This document shows positions 25,161 through 37,639 of a stretch of DNA of 64,000 bases, piece by piece; positions within the stretch are counted from its first letter, which is position 1; every line of letters begins with the position of its first letter. The translations under genes were made by a program, and so were the position numbers. The notes below the pieces were generated by a model that searched no databases, was not told the DNA's origin, and saw nothing but the letters and a program-made list of their open reading frames with translations. Source of the DNA: Cycas panzhihuaensis (lineage: Eukaryota > Plantae > Cycadophyta); contig CM041465.1 in NCBI GenBank assembly GCA_023213395.1, forward strand, positions 142,855,741 through 142,919,740. The letters run 5' to 3'.

Positions 25161-28100
25161 ATGTTGTGTCTATTAAATTGAACAAGAAAATGATCAAGCC
25201 TTATACGTATATGTTATGACAATGAATGGGATTAAAGAAGTAATGAAATACATAATTTGGGCATATGATATTCAATGGTTCATCAAATAAAATATTAAAT
25301 AAATTAAAGTTCATGACAATTATATATTATTTCATGAAATAATGGGAAATCTAATCACTTTGAGAAAATATCTTTTAAATACATTTTAAGTAAATATTAT
25401 ATTACATGGATTGTGAAGGCTCTACTAATTGAGGATGAAAAGAGAAAATAAATCAAATTGACCATGATTAGAAAGTATTATATATTCTTTAATGATTAAT
25501 ATCAATATTATTGAGAACTACCAATCAAGGAAACATGAATAATAACAATCAATGACTAAAATAAGAAATAGGCAATATCATCAAAAGAGGTAAATTAAAG
25601 TCATAACAACTTGAATTATAAAATTCAAGGTGTAAGGGGTAATTTCATTGATATAATTAATTAGTAAGCACTTCTTGTGGGTATTATAGAAAAAACTAGA
25701 GGTAAGAATATTAAGAAAATAATAAGATGAAAATAGGCACTGATGTTAATATTCATAACCATAACTTAAAAGAAAATCCATTGAATGTTATTATTGATGA
25801 TATCAACTCATGGCCTAGAGAACAAAATTATAGCCATAAAAATTCCAGGATGTAATTGTAGGATAATGCATGGGTGATGGACACTTGCATTAAACCATTA
25901 TTAGAATATATGGATAATTTATAATAGGTGAAACAAAGGATGAATAATATAAGCTAGTATATATTAATTAAGAATGACACAGAATTGACCATATTAGGCA
26001 TTAGACCAAATAATTCCACAAGGTATTGATTGGTTATGAATATGAAGAGTTAACTTCACTACTTGAGATAACATATTAAATAGAAGAATGAGAAGTAATC
26101 TTTATATTGATGAGAGGGAAGCTAAATTAATTAATAGATAACAAGCTAAGGAATTACAATGCACCCAATTAGTATAGAGGAAAAGAGATGCTAAGTAAAT
26201 AAGTGAGGGATTATTGAAATATAGACAAACATGATGTAGAGTTTAAATTGATTTACATACAACTATTTTATTTTAAAAAAACTCCATTCAAAACATGTGT
26301 TTATCACACCTGAAGAAAATATTCCTCCCTTGCACCTTCATCTTAAATTAATATTTCATAATTTAGACTCAATTCTCTCAAATACCATCACCTCTCAAGA
26401 CCAGACACTACTAAAATCACTCCAAAATTCTCTCTTAAGAGTTGTCCTCCTAAAATCTCCATTTAAACCAAACTAATAACCCCAAAAACCATCACCACCC
26501 TTTGCATCAAATTAATTTATTAGGAAGAAGATTAAATGATCCCGTTAATCAACCCTTAATTAAACCTAATTAAACTTTTAAAAATAATTCATTTAAAATT
26601 TTATAATGGATCCCCTAAAATAGGTATTATAAAGTCATAAAATTAATGAAATCAAAGGGGTGGGGGTGGAGAACCCTAGGGCTTAGGATACTAACTTAAA
26701 CCTATGGACTAACATAAAAAAATCTTACAAATAACTCTTGCATCAATATAATACCCTTTAGGCATTGAAGTTTGTTTAGACTAATATGTCCATTGAAAGT
26801 CTAATATAGAAGGGCTAAAAATATAGAACAAAGTCTCTAGAAAAAGAAGTGGCAAATCTCTCTAAAGTAGTGAAGATAATGTCATATTAAAAACTCCATC
26901 ACCACCCAAAATTTAGAAGAATAGTAGAAAGTGACAACTAATAAATTACCAAGTATCTACAAAATCATCTTTTGAGTAATCCAAATTTGTTAAAAATCTA
27001 AAAGAAACTATCTAGAGAAAAGAACCAAACTATAATGATTAGGATCTAAAGCTATAAAATAAGTATATTTTGTATGCTAAAAAACTATCTATAAAGAGTG
27101 TTGACTAATGTCAACTACTAAAATCTAATATCATCATAGAAGAATCAAAATATCTTAAACCATCATTCTGATGTTGAAAAGGCTCAATAAAGGATAAGAT
27201 TTATAAAAATGTCAAGAGTATTGGTAACTACAACTCTTAAGATTAAGATGTTAGCAAATGCTATTTACCAAATCACCTAATATTAGAAAGGTGCAATAAC
27301 TTATTAAAGAGTAATAAATAATACTAATGCTAAGTTATAAGATCTTATGTAATTAAACTAGTATAAGATAGATAAATCTATTGCCAAGTATGCAATGATG
27401 AATAAAAATTAAAAAAATATGTTCTATGAGGGAAAAACATAAAAGCATAATTGGAGAGGCAATTAAAGTCATAGCTAGGAACTCAAAAGAGTCATTGAAA
27501 CTTGAACTAAAGAGATCTAAAATCAACTACTCCAAGGGTATACCATTGAAAGGTACTCATGAAGAAGGAGTAAGAAAAAAGTCAACTACTTTAAAAAACT
27601 TAACCAAATGTGTGTTAAAAGAAGGATACAATCACCTACTCCATTATTGGAATGAAGTCTATGTCTTTCATGATGGATACAGAGAATTATACTAACACTA
27701 AAGTAACTCAAGAAAATCTAAAGAAGTGCTAAAAGATAAAATATTCAAGAATATGCTCGAAGAAGATGATAAATAAGATTGTAATAATAACAATAAGAAA
27801 AAGATCATATACTACTAAAAAGGAGACCAACATCAAAAGATTTAAAATGATTGTATTTGAGATAAAAGTAATATAAGAGTCTATCACAACTAAAGAACAT
27901 AAAAAACTAAGCTAACATAAGTTATTAAGATAAATAAGCTAAAAAAAACTACTATTAGAACTATAAAATAAAAGAAAGGAAGAAAAAAATCTACTTCATG
28001 ATGCTAACAATAACTTGATTAAAGATAAGGAGCTTAGATGTATAAGGCAACAGAAAGTGATGAAAGTAGGAAGTAGCCACTAGGTTTTACTAGACGAGAG

Positions 28101-28570
28101 ATCATAGGTAGATAAGATCTAATCTAGGATGGAGCAAAAGTCATGGATGGATCATTTAGCCTAAGGACAAAAGATAGAGTATGGCACAAAGCAATAAGAG
28201 TTAGATCACTATCCCATGGATAAAAGGAGTCTATTAATGGGATGGAAGGCCTTGGTTCTTAGAAGAGTTTTGGTAGATTTCCTCCTTTGGTTTAGGCAAA
28301 ACTCACGAGACACAACAAAAATATTGATTTAAGTGATGAAAACTTAATAAATCTTTAAGTAGCATTGGCTCCAAAAGGAGACAATTCAGATTACAACTTT
28401 ATGAATGATGGATGTGTGAACGATATGTTGAAAGGAAAGCATGTAGATTCCTTAACTTGAGTGAGTAACTCAGTACCATTGGAAGTATTGTGTTATTTGA
28501 TCTAATTGGCTTGGGAAATCTATCTACTTATTTTGTTTTTTGTTTTTTAATTTTTTTTTTGTGATGGTAG

Positions 28571-29786
28571 ACATGGAAATAATGTCCCTAAACTAGATTC
28601 AAAATACCCTTCTAGGGAGAACATATTTAGATGGACTAAAAATGGAGAATTAGATCCTTGTGATATAAATCCTATCATACAAGATGAAATAATCAAAATC
28701 CCCATCCCAAAGAAACTTACTGAGTGAACTAAGAAGTACAAGGAGAATAACCTGGTGGGTATATTTTCAAGACTAAGGCCTAGCTTGGATGTCATAAGAA
28801 AATGGATAGTGAATAAATGGAAGATCAGAAACCTAGTGGAGGATATGGCATTACTTAGGGGGCGTGTCCTATTTAAATTTATATATTAGGAAGACATGGT
28901 TAGTATCCTCTTAAAATCACCTAGAATCTTAGTAGGAAAGCATTATTCTTAGAGAAATGGCACCCAAATTTTGATCTGACAGTGCCAATAATAAAATATA
29001 GGTCTAAATTTCAATGGTTCCTCTTCTAGTGTGGGATTTAGATGTGATAAAAAGGGTGGTGAAAGACATTGACCCTTTCCTAGCTATTGATTTAGCTACC
29101 AATGAGTAGAGTAAACTAATAAATGCTAGATTTTATGTGCTAATAAGACTTGATAAAACCCTCCCAAAATTGGTGAGAATTGAAACCAAATATTGGAGTA
29201 AGGATCAAAGTCTGGTTTACAAATTGGATAATGTAAGGTGTTCAATTTGTAAATGGCTTGGACATTTTCCCCAAAACTACCTAGGGGAGATGAAGAAGGA
29301 ATAGGTAGAGGAGTAGAATGTAGAGAAAAATCAAGACCCAAAAAGGAACATCATCATCCTAGAGGAGACTATTAGGTTGAGGAGTGAGGCCAAGGAATTT
29401 AATCTAGAACCTGAGGACTCCCTTTTTAAGTAAGGTGAGGAACTCTGCCAGTAGGAGAGGTTGGAAGAAAGTAACCAAAATCTATAGTAAGAGAAGTTAG
29501 AGGTAAGGGTAGAAGCTCAAGAGTGAGAGAGGATACAGATAAGGAGCCTTAAGGAGCAAGAGAGGCTTGGGGGGAGATATATTTGGAAAAGATAAAGAGA
29601 AAGATTTATAGGAGGATCAGAGGAATGGGGGCTTACGTAGAGGCCTAAATCTAGAGGTGAAAAGAAGATTAGAAGACCTACCCTAAAGATGGTTAGGGAG
29701 AGGGAGGAAGTTACCCAAGTTAATCGCGGGAGATAGCGCACCCTAAGGGAGGGTGGGGGAGAGGGGCTAAGGTTAAGGAGTAAAAG
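28571..29786 (+). pseudogene. LINE ORF1 remnant (DUF4283-like region plus zinc knuckle)
   Basis: NLVGIFSRLRPSLDVIRKWIVNKWK...VLFKF...EDM; RCSICKWLGHFPQNY (~29235-29280). Confidence 0.82.
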
Positions 29787-32700
29787 ATGAAGATTATCTC
29801 TTAGAATTTTAGGGGTAAAAATGCCCCCTCAAATTAGAGAATAATTAAAGATATACAAATGAGATTGGAATTAGAAATAATCTTACTCTAAGAAACCAAG
29901 ATGGAATTGAATAATAGGTTAATGATAAAAAATAAAATTTGGAGGATAGTGGAGATGGTAGTAAAGGATGCTTACTAGGGATCAAGAGGGCTAGTTTTCT
30001 TTTGGAATTTAAAGGAATGACAAGGTGAGATTTGTGTCTTAGATGACCACTTCATATTTGTATGGTTAACCTATAGAAGGACTAACCTTTAATGGCTGGA
30101 AACTAATGTATATGACCCTATATCTATAGATGGAAGGAAAATCCTCTATGATAAGATCCTAGAGATCCATAAAGACTAGAAAGGCCCTTGGTTAGAGGAT
30201 AGATATTTTAATACTACCCTATTCCCCAGAGAGAGAAAAAGGGGATAAGAGGGGTGGATGAAGAGCATGATGGACCTGGGAAAATTTCTCTAAAAAGGGG
30301 GCCTGATAGATGTTTACCTCAGAGGGGCTAAATATATTTGGTCTAATAGGAGATTGGGGGATCATCGCATCCTAGTAAGGTTGGACAAGGTTATGATAGA
30401 CTATGCATGGGCTAGTCATCAAAATGATATTAGGCTAGAAGCTCTACCTAAGCTGGCATCAGACCATTCCCTATTGCTATTTGATTTCAATTTCATTGAG
30501 AAACATAGGGGGTGCCCTCTTTAGGTTTGAACTAATATAAACAAAGCATCAAAATCTTAGGGACCTAATTATGGAGTGGTGGAAGACCCTGATTAAGGGG
30601 TGTGCAATGTGTAAATTCTAAAAAAAACTAAATTGGGTGAAGAGACAGGTTAAAGTATGGAATAAGAGGGCCCATGGTAATATTTTCAAAGTTAAGAATG
30701 AGATAGTAGTGGAGTTGAAAGATATAGAGGCAAGAATTCAAGAAGAGGGAAGATCTCATACATTAGACCAATATGAGAGAAATCTTCACAAGAAATTTGA
30801 GGAAATCTTAGTTAAGGAAGAACTCTTCTGGAAGAAGAAGTCAAGGGCCCTCTGGTTGGAGGAGGGGAATAAGAATATAAAGTTTTCCTACATGACTACT
30901 TTAAAGCATAAGACTTGTAATTAAATAAATAAGTTATGTAAAAAATAAGGGGAAGAAATATGTAAGGAGGTTAAGATTAATAAAATTATAATAGAGTATT
31001 TTAAGGATTTGTTTGAGGAGCCTAGTTATTAAGATTCTATGACCAAGAGGGAGTTCATGAACCTAATTCCTAAGCTGGTAGATGATGACTAAAACATGAT
31101 CTTAAAGGCCCCTTTCTCCTTATAGGAAGTGAAAGGGGTAGTTTTGGGGATAAAAAAGGATAAAGCACCAGGGTCAGATGGTTTTCACCTAGGTTTCTTC
31201 CAAGAATATTAGGACATCATGATGGAAGATTTATTAATGTCCTTAGGAGAGTTCTATGAGAGTAAAAAATGTTGGGGGAGTGGCAAGCCACTTTTCTAGT
31301 GTTGATCTCAAAAAAAAGAAGATGTAAAGTTAATAGAGGAATACATACTTGTCAACCTTTGTAATGTGAAATATAAGATTTTGGCTAAAGTTATGGCCAA
31401 TAGACTTAAGAAGATATTACCCTTGATCATATCTCCCAATTAAGATGGGTTCATAAAAAGGAGGTAGATCCTAGATGACATCGTAGTAATTCATGAGACA
31501 ATACATTTGGTATATCAAAGGAAGGATCCAGGGATGATTATCAAGATTGACCTCTCCAAAGCTTATGATAGGATATCATGGAGTTGTCTAATAAAATGTC
31601 TCTAGGTATTTGGTTTTAGGGACATATGGAGGGATTAGGTTACTAGCTATATATCCAATCCCCAATATTCAGTTATGATCAATGGTACCTCAACAAGTTT
31701 CTTTCCTAGACAGAGGGGGCTTCATTAAGGAGATCCCCTTTCTCCTTATCTACTCATTATTATGGTAGAGTTACTAGGGAGAGTGACTAAGGAGGTTAGG
31801 AGAAGGGGAGTAGTCAAAGGGATTAAGGCTACCTCTAGTATTGGTAATATTATCCATCACTAATTTATAGATTATAATATTTTATTAGGGAAGGCCTCCC
31901 TATCTAAAGCTCGAGTGATAAAAGGAGGTCTTGAGAGCTTTGAGAGAGCCACAAATTAAAAAATAAATTTTAATAAGAGTAGTATTTATTTTGTGAATAC
32001 CAAAGAGAGCATACAAAGAAAGATCAGTAGGATATTAGAAATTCCTATTTGTAAATTACCTACTATTTATTTAGGGATGCCTCTATTTATAGGGAATATG
32101 GTGAAGGAGCTCTAAATACCTAATATAGATCAGATACTGAGGAAACTGGTGGGGTAGAAGGGTTCCCTTCCTAGTCAGGTAGGTACGGTTCAATTGTTAT
32201 CATCTTTGCTTTAGAGTATCCTAGTGTATATGATGTCATTATTTAGGATCCCAACTAAATCCCATTCAACTTTAGGAACCATTCAGAAAATATTCTTATA
32301 GTTTGGTATTGAGGAAAAGGATATAATTCATTTGGTTGCATGGGAGAAGGTATGCCTTCCCAAATAGGTGGGCAAGTTAAATATCTGGAGAATGGCTAAT
32401 TTTAACAGTACTTTGGTGGCAAAAATAAGATAATGACTAACAAAGAAAGATGGAGGGCTCTGGGAAAGGATAATATCCCAGAAATAGCTTAGGGGCAAGT
32501 AATTCTTAAAGGATGACCATGCTATGTCCTTGGGATCTCCAATTTGGAGAAGTATATATCAATCAAGATAAATGTTGGTGTCAGGAGTGCAATGGAAGTT
32601 GGGGGATGGAGAAACCATAAGTTTTTATGAAGACGTATGGTGTGGATATATTCAACTAAACAGGAGGCCAAATTTGGGCCTTATGCAATAGTTATATGAA

Positions 32701-33512
32701 AGAACTTATGGAGTAAAGGTCAAAGATTATTGTGTGGGTCAGGATTAGACTAAGAGATGGAGAAAGTTTAAGGAACTAAAGGGAGATCTAAGAATGATAG
32801 ATTCTATCAAATCCCTTAATAAAGATTTAGCTTAATGCTACATCCTAAAAATAGTAGAGGTACATTTAATAATTTAGCCTTTCTCTCCCTCTGGGGATTA
32901 TACAGTGAAACATGGCTATCTATTCTTATCTCAAGAAGGGGGGGCTCTTAAGAATCCTTTATTGGAAGGAGTATGGAAGATGGGCTTGATTTCTAAAGTG
33001 GTAGTCTTTTGGTGGTTATATTTGCGGAAAAAAAATTTGACTATGGATAATCTGTAGAAGAGGGGTTTTATGATGGCAAATAGGTGTGTGTTGTGTAATG
33101 TGGCTATAGAGTCAATGTATCATATCCTTCTTCATTGCTCTTATTCTAAGAATGTCTGGAGATTTATTTGGTCTCAATTTAGAATGGAATGGGTGTTCCC
33201 TAGTACACTCAAACAGTAGGTGATAGCTTGGAGAAGCCCCTTTAGGAGTAGGATTCTGGTGCATATCTAACAAAGTTCTATGCCAATGTTGATGTGGAAT
33301 TTATGGAAGGAGAGAAATTAAAGATTATTCCAAGAGAAGCAGATGGATGAAGTTAAACTCCATGGGATCATTTTTACTACATTGGTAGAGACTATTAGAG
33401 CTAAAGAAGAAAAGTATATCATGGAATCAAAAGGTATTATGTTAGAGAATTGGGAGATAAGGAGGCCCAAAGTTATAATAGGCACGAGAAGACAATGCAC
33501 CTAGGTTACTCT

Positions 33513-36500
33513 TGAAGGTGATTGATGGAGAGCATAGCATAGCAAGAGATTGAAATAACTCAATCCATAGAGCAAATCATGTAAAATATCTTTGTATTAT
33601 TTTATGTTGCTTAAATGTACATCGAATAACCTTTAGAAGGTGGTCTTAATGAACACTAAGGTATAAAACCCCATGAGATATATACTTTTGAGGGAGGAGG
33701 GAAACCTTCTCAACCTCTAATTTAAAATAATATAAAATAATGCACAACATTAAAGATACACTTACTTAACTTACCATTGAGGCTTGTGCACTGCATATTA
33801 TAATGTAGGGTCATGTGATGAATATTAACCCAACATTCTCCCCCTTAATGATCATCACATATATCTTTATCTTCTCTTTGAATTTGTGATACTTGAACTT
33901 GAGGAAGACTTTGAATACTTGTCCTTTAGCTTTATCATCATTTGTGAAGTGGTCATTAACTCATCTTATCATCCTTTCAATAAGGTGTGTCACTTTAATA
34001 TTATGTGGTTCAAATGATGTCCAAGTAGGTGTAGCTTGAATTGAATGAGGATGAGTGGCCGTATCTTTGACTTTATCTTCTAGAATCTTTATTTTATGAG
34101 TAACGATCATGTCCAAGTATTTCTCCCCCTTAAATGAATGATTATCTTCATGTGCATCAATGTGATTATTCATTTGATTTGAGTCTTCTTCATTAGTCTT
34201 TTCAACACAAAAAACCTACTCTGACATCTATCTTACATGTATATCATCATCATAGTTAAATTCATTCACATTAGGGATCTCTCCCCCATAAATAGATTCT
34301 AATGTATCCCATATGGATTTGGATGTAGTAATTTCATAAATACTAGAAAAGACATTGTCATCTATGGTATAAAACAATATGGTTAAGGTCTCATTGTCAT
34401 CTTTTATATTTTCTTTAATATTTGGTTCATATCCATCTTTTACATATTTCCAAAGGTCATTTGTAATAAAGTATGTTTGCATTATTTTATACCATCATTG
34501 AAAGTCATTTTCGTCAAATATAGGAAATCTTATTTTACTTAGATTCATTGCCATTATAAAAGGACTTTAGTACATAATCAAAAAATATAATTTTTATTGA
34601 ATAAATAAGAAGTACTAATTCTCAAATGAACAAATAACTTGAAATAAGTAATACTTATATATCAATACACTTATGGAAAATGAAGTAAATGATCAAGATA
34701 TTCCTTCAAAGTGAATGTCAATATGTAAACCATTGCCTTTCAAATTGAAATGCTCTTTTAAAAAATAAAGTATACAAGAAACTATATGCAACTTTTATAA
34801 GTGAAACAATAAATCAATGAAGTTTTAATATTTGAATGGCCTTAAATCAACAATATTAAGTGAACCTTTGATGCATAAAATGCATAAGAAAATACTTGTA
34901 ATTAGGCCTTTGCTATGCACTTCTAAAAAAATTATAACTTTAGAATAAATAAGAAAGCTTCTTGACCAATGAACTTTAAGATGTATGAAGATTATTGCAA
35001 GGATTCTTTGAAATAAAATGAATAAATGACAAGAAGCTCCTTTGTAGGTTTATAATAAAACTAGGTAGAATCTTTCTTGCAAATCAAATAAGACCTTTAA
35101 GCATGTAAATTTGAAATAAAATTGCCCTTGATGATGAAAAAATATAGAAGATCAATAAGATTTTTTTATCTAAGCTTGAATTTTCAAAAAAAGAGTAGCT
35201 TAGGCAAACAGAAATGGCCATTTTTAATATAAAAAAGAGTAGTTATTCCTTTGAAAATAGTAAAAATAAGAAACTGAAGTGTAAATTTACCTTTAATAAT
35301 AGGAATGCTTAAAGCAAGATAAGTTTCTTATAGAAAATGAACAACCAGAATGTAAAGAAGTACCTGTTTGATTGAATAGCTACTCTTAGCTTGAAGTCTT
35401 AAAGAACTAGCTTTTTATTGCAAAAAGAAACTTGAAAATATAAACAAGAGATGATGAAAACTTTAAGAATGAGCTGTTAGCAAACAATAAGTCAACTATA
35501 ACCTTTTAAGATAATATAATGTATGAAAAGTTACAAAGTGATATTGACAAGGACTAAATAAGGAGCTGGAAAAAAAGTTGTTTGAAAAACCTACTCTATA
35601 AACTTAGAATTAAATGAAATCTATCTTGAATTAAAAAACATCAAATTAGCTTTCCAATGGATTTGGCTGTTCAAAAATTTGACTTATGTAGCTCAAGATT
35701 TTAGTCAATAAGTTCAAGGACCTCTTTATGGGCCTAAAATGGTGCTACAAGATAAAAATATTATAAAACTAGAATATAACCTTATAAAAGGTATAAAAAG
35801 AGTTTATTTATAGATAGAAGTCCTTTAAATCTAATTTGTTTCAAAAGAAACTTGAAGAAAAACTTTAAAAATTATTGATTAATGAGCAGTTAGCCTTGAT
35901 ACAATACCTTCACTTCAATAGCTTGTAACAACTACAAAAAGATTTCAAAATGCTTAAGAGATTATGTCAATATAAAGAGATCTACGTCAAATTTCCAGAA
36001 AAGATGATAGATTAGAAAGTAGATTCCAAACAACGAAGATATAACTAAAATGGTAAAGTGGCCTATTTATATTTAATAAATCAAAAGCTAAAAAAGATAT
36101 GACTTTAAATCAGTAAAACTAGTCAAATCAGATCCAAAATTAGAAAGTGACCAGTCTACAGTGTAGCTCTCAAAATTGCAATCACAAGAGAACTAGTTTT
36201 GTTAAAAATTGGTACTCCAGTGAGAAGTTAGGACAAAAAATGCTAGGTACCCTTTAGAGGAAAAATAAATAAATAAATAAATGAAAATTTTTATAAGGTT
36301 AAGTTGGCCCTTTTAACTAAGCACTTGAGGTCACATGGAAGTGACAGACCAAGGGCTAGCACTTGGAGGGCCTTAACACCTTTACAAAAGGAATTGAAAT
36401 ATTATAAACTCTATTTAAATTTATATAACCTTTGATAATAATTTTAATTAATGTCTTTATAAAGTCGAATTAAAATGGAGTAATGACGACTTGCACACAG

Positions 36501-37639
36501 ACCTGGAGGAGTAAACAACAAAAAAACTCAATCAATTATCACCTAGATGGAGACGCAGAGAGGGGGCAACTGATCCTCCATACAAATTAGGCCATAAAAT
36601 GATGAAGAAAAATGATTGAAATGTATGTATTATATGAGAAAATGAGGAGAAGGGCCACATTGGTGCATGGTGAACAGAGAGGATGATGAATACAAGAGGG
36701 TCAAATAGTGAAAAATTAGCCTTATAATAGTTCCAAAGGGTCTCTACTAAGGGTGCTCGAGCAGGGTAGTCTCAATTACAAAAAAAATTCAAAGATTTTT
36801 ATAGAAGATAATGAAAAACTTGAGAAAATAGAGCTGAGTCAACTCAGGTGGACAAATCTCACCATAGAGGAGACAGATCGATACAAAATTTTAGGAGGAG
36901 CTAAATGTCTAGGATAGCTAGTCACCAATAAATTTTCAAGTCAAGCAGTGGTTTATGGAGCAAGAACGAAGTAGAGGAGTGAATCAGACTTAAAATGGAG
37001 AACTGAGACTGAGAGAGAGATTTCTCTTAGAATAAGTAACTAAATCACGAATAGTTTTCACCATGAGCCAGAGAATTCAATTCTGATCATAATGAGCAGT
37101 CATATAGGGTAGTTTTGTTCAAAGACTGAGAAGCTAGAATTGATCAAAAATAATGGAACAACACGGGTATAAATGTATGAATATATATAAAAATAAATAA
37201 ATAAATAAATAATGATTTTATAAAGTTGAACCTTAGTATATTAAAATTTATTTATATACCAAAATAATTAAGCCATGAATCACATAAATGCAAACCAGGT
37301 CGCTATGATACCAAATGAAGGTGATTGACACAGAGCAAATCAGAGCAGAAAATTGAAATAACTCAATCCATAGTACAAATCATATAAAACATCTTTATAT
37401 TATTCCATGATTACTCAAATGTATATCAAATAACCTTTAGAAGGTGGTATTAATGAACACCAAGGTATAGAACCCCATGAGGTATATACTTTTGAGGGAG
37501 GAGGAAAACCTCCTCAACCTTTAATTCAAAATAATATAAAATAATGTATAACATTAAAGATACACTTACCTAACTTACCATTGAGGTTTGTGCACTGCAT
37601 ATTCCAATGTAGGGTCATGTGATGAACATGAACCCAACA
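33513..37639 (-). mobile_element. Element F: gag-only (TR-GAG-like) non-autonomous LTR element, 4127 bp
   Basis: LTRs 33513-33835 and 37316-37639 (TG...CA); PBS TGGTATCATAGC on the minus strand at 37302-37313; PPT is the reverse complement of TTCTCCCCCTTAA 33836-33848; TSD ACTCT/CCTCC. Confidence 0.93.
33840..34554 (-). pseudogene. Element F single ORF (~238 codons to the PPT, four stops, no frameshift)
   Basis: ORFs 34228-34482 and 33961-34173 are in frame with the ATG at 34554 (MAMNLSKIRFPIFDEND...DLWKYVKDGYE...TSKSIWDTLESIY). Confidence 0.82.

Larger units (their letters stand above)
22525..26748 (-). repeat. Long LTR-like repeat, copy 1 (probable 3' LTR of Tat/Ogre-like element T), with ~1.1 kb extra sequence at ~25160-26260
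   Basis: Collinear direct repeat of ~56740-59850, roughly 70-80% identical by eye; followed by TAATACCCTTT (possible decayed PPT on the minus strand); left end truncated. Confidence 0.75.
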
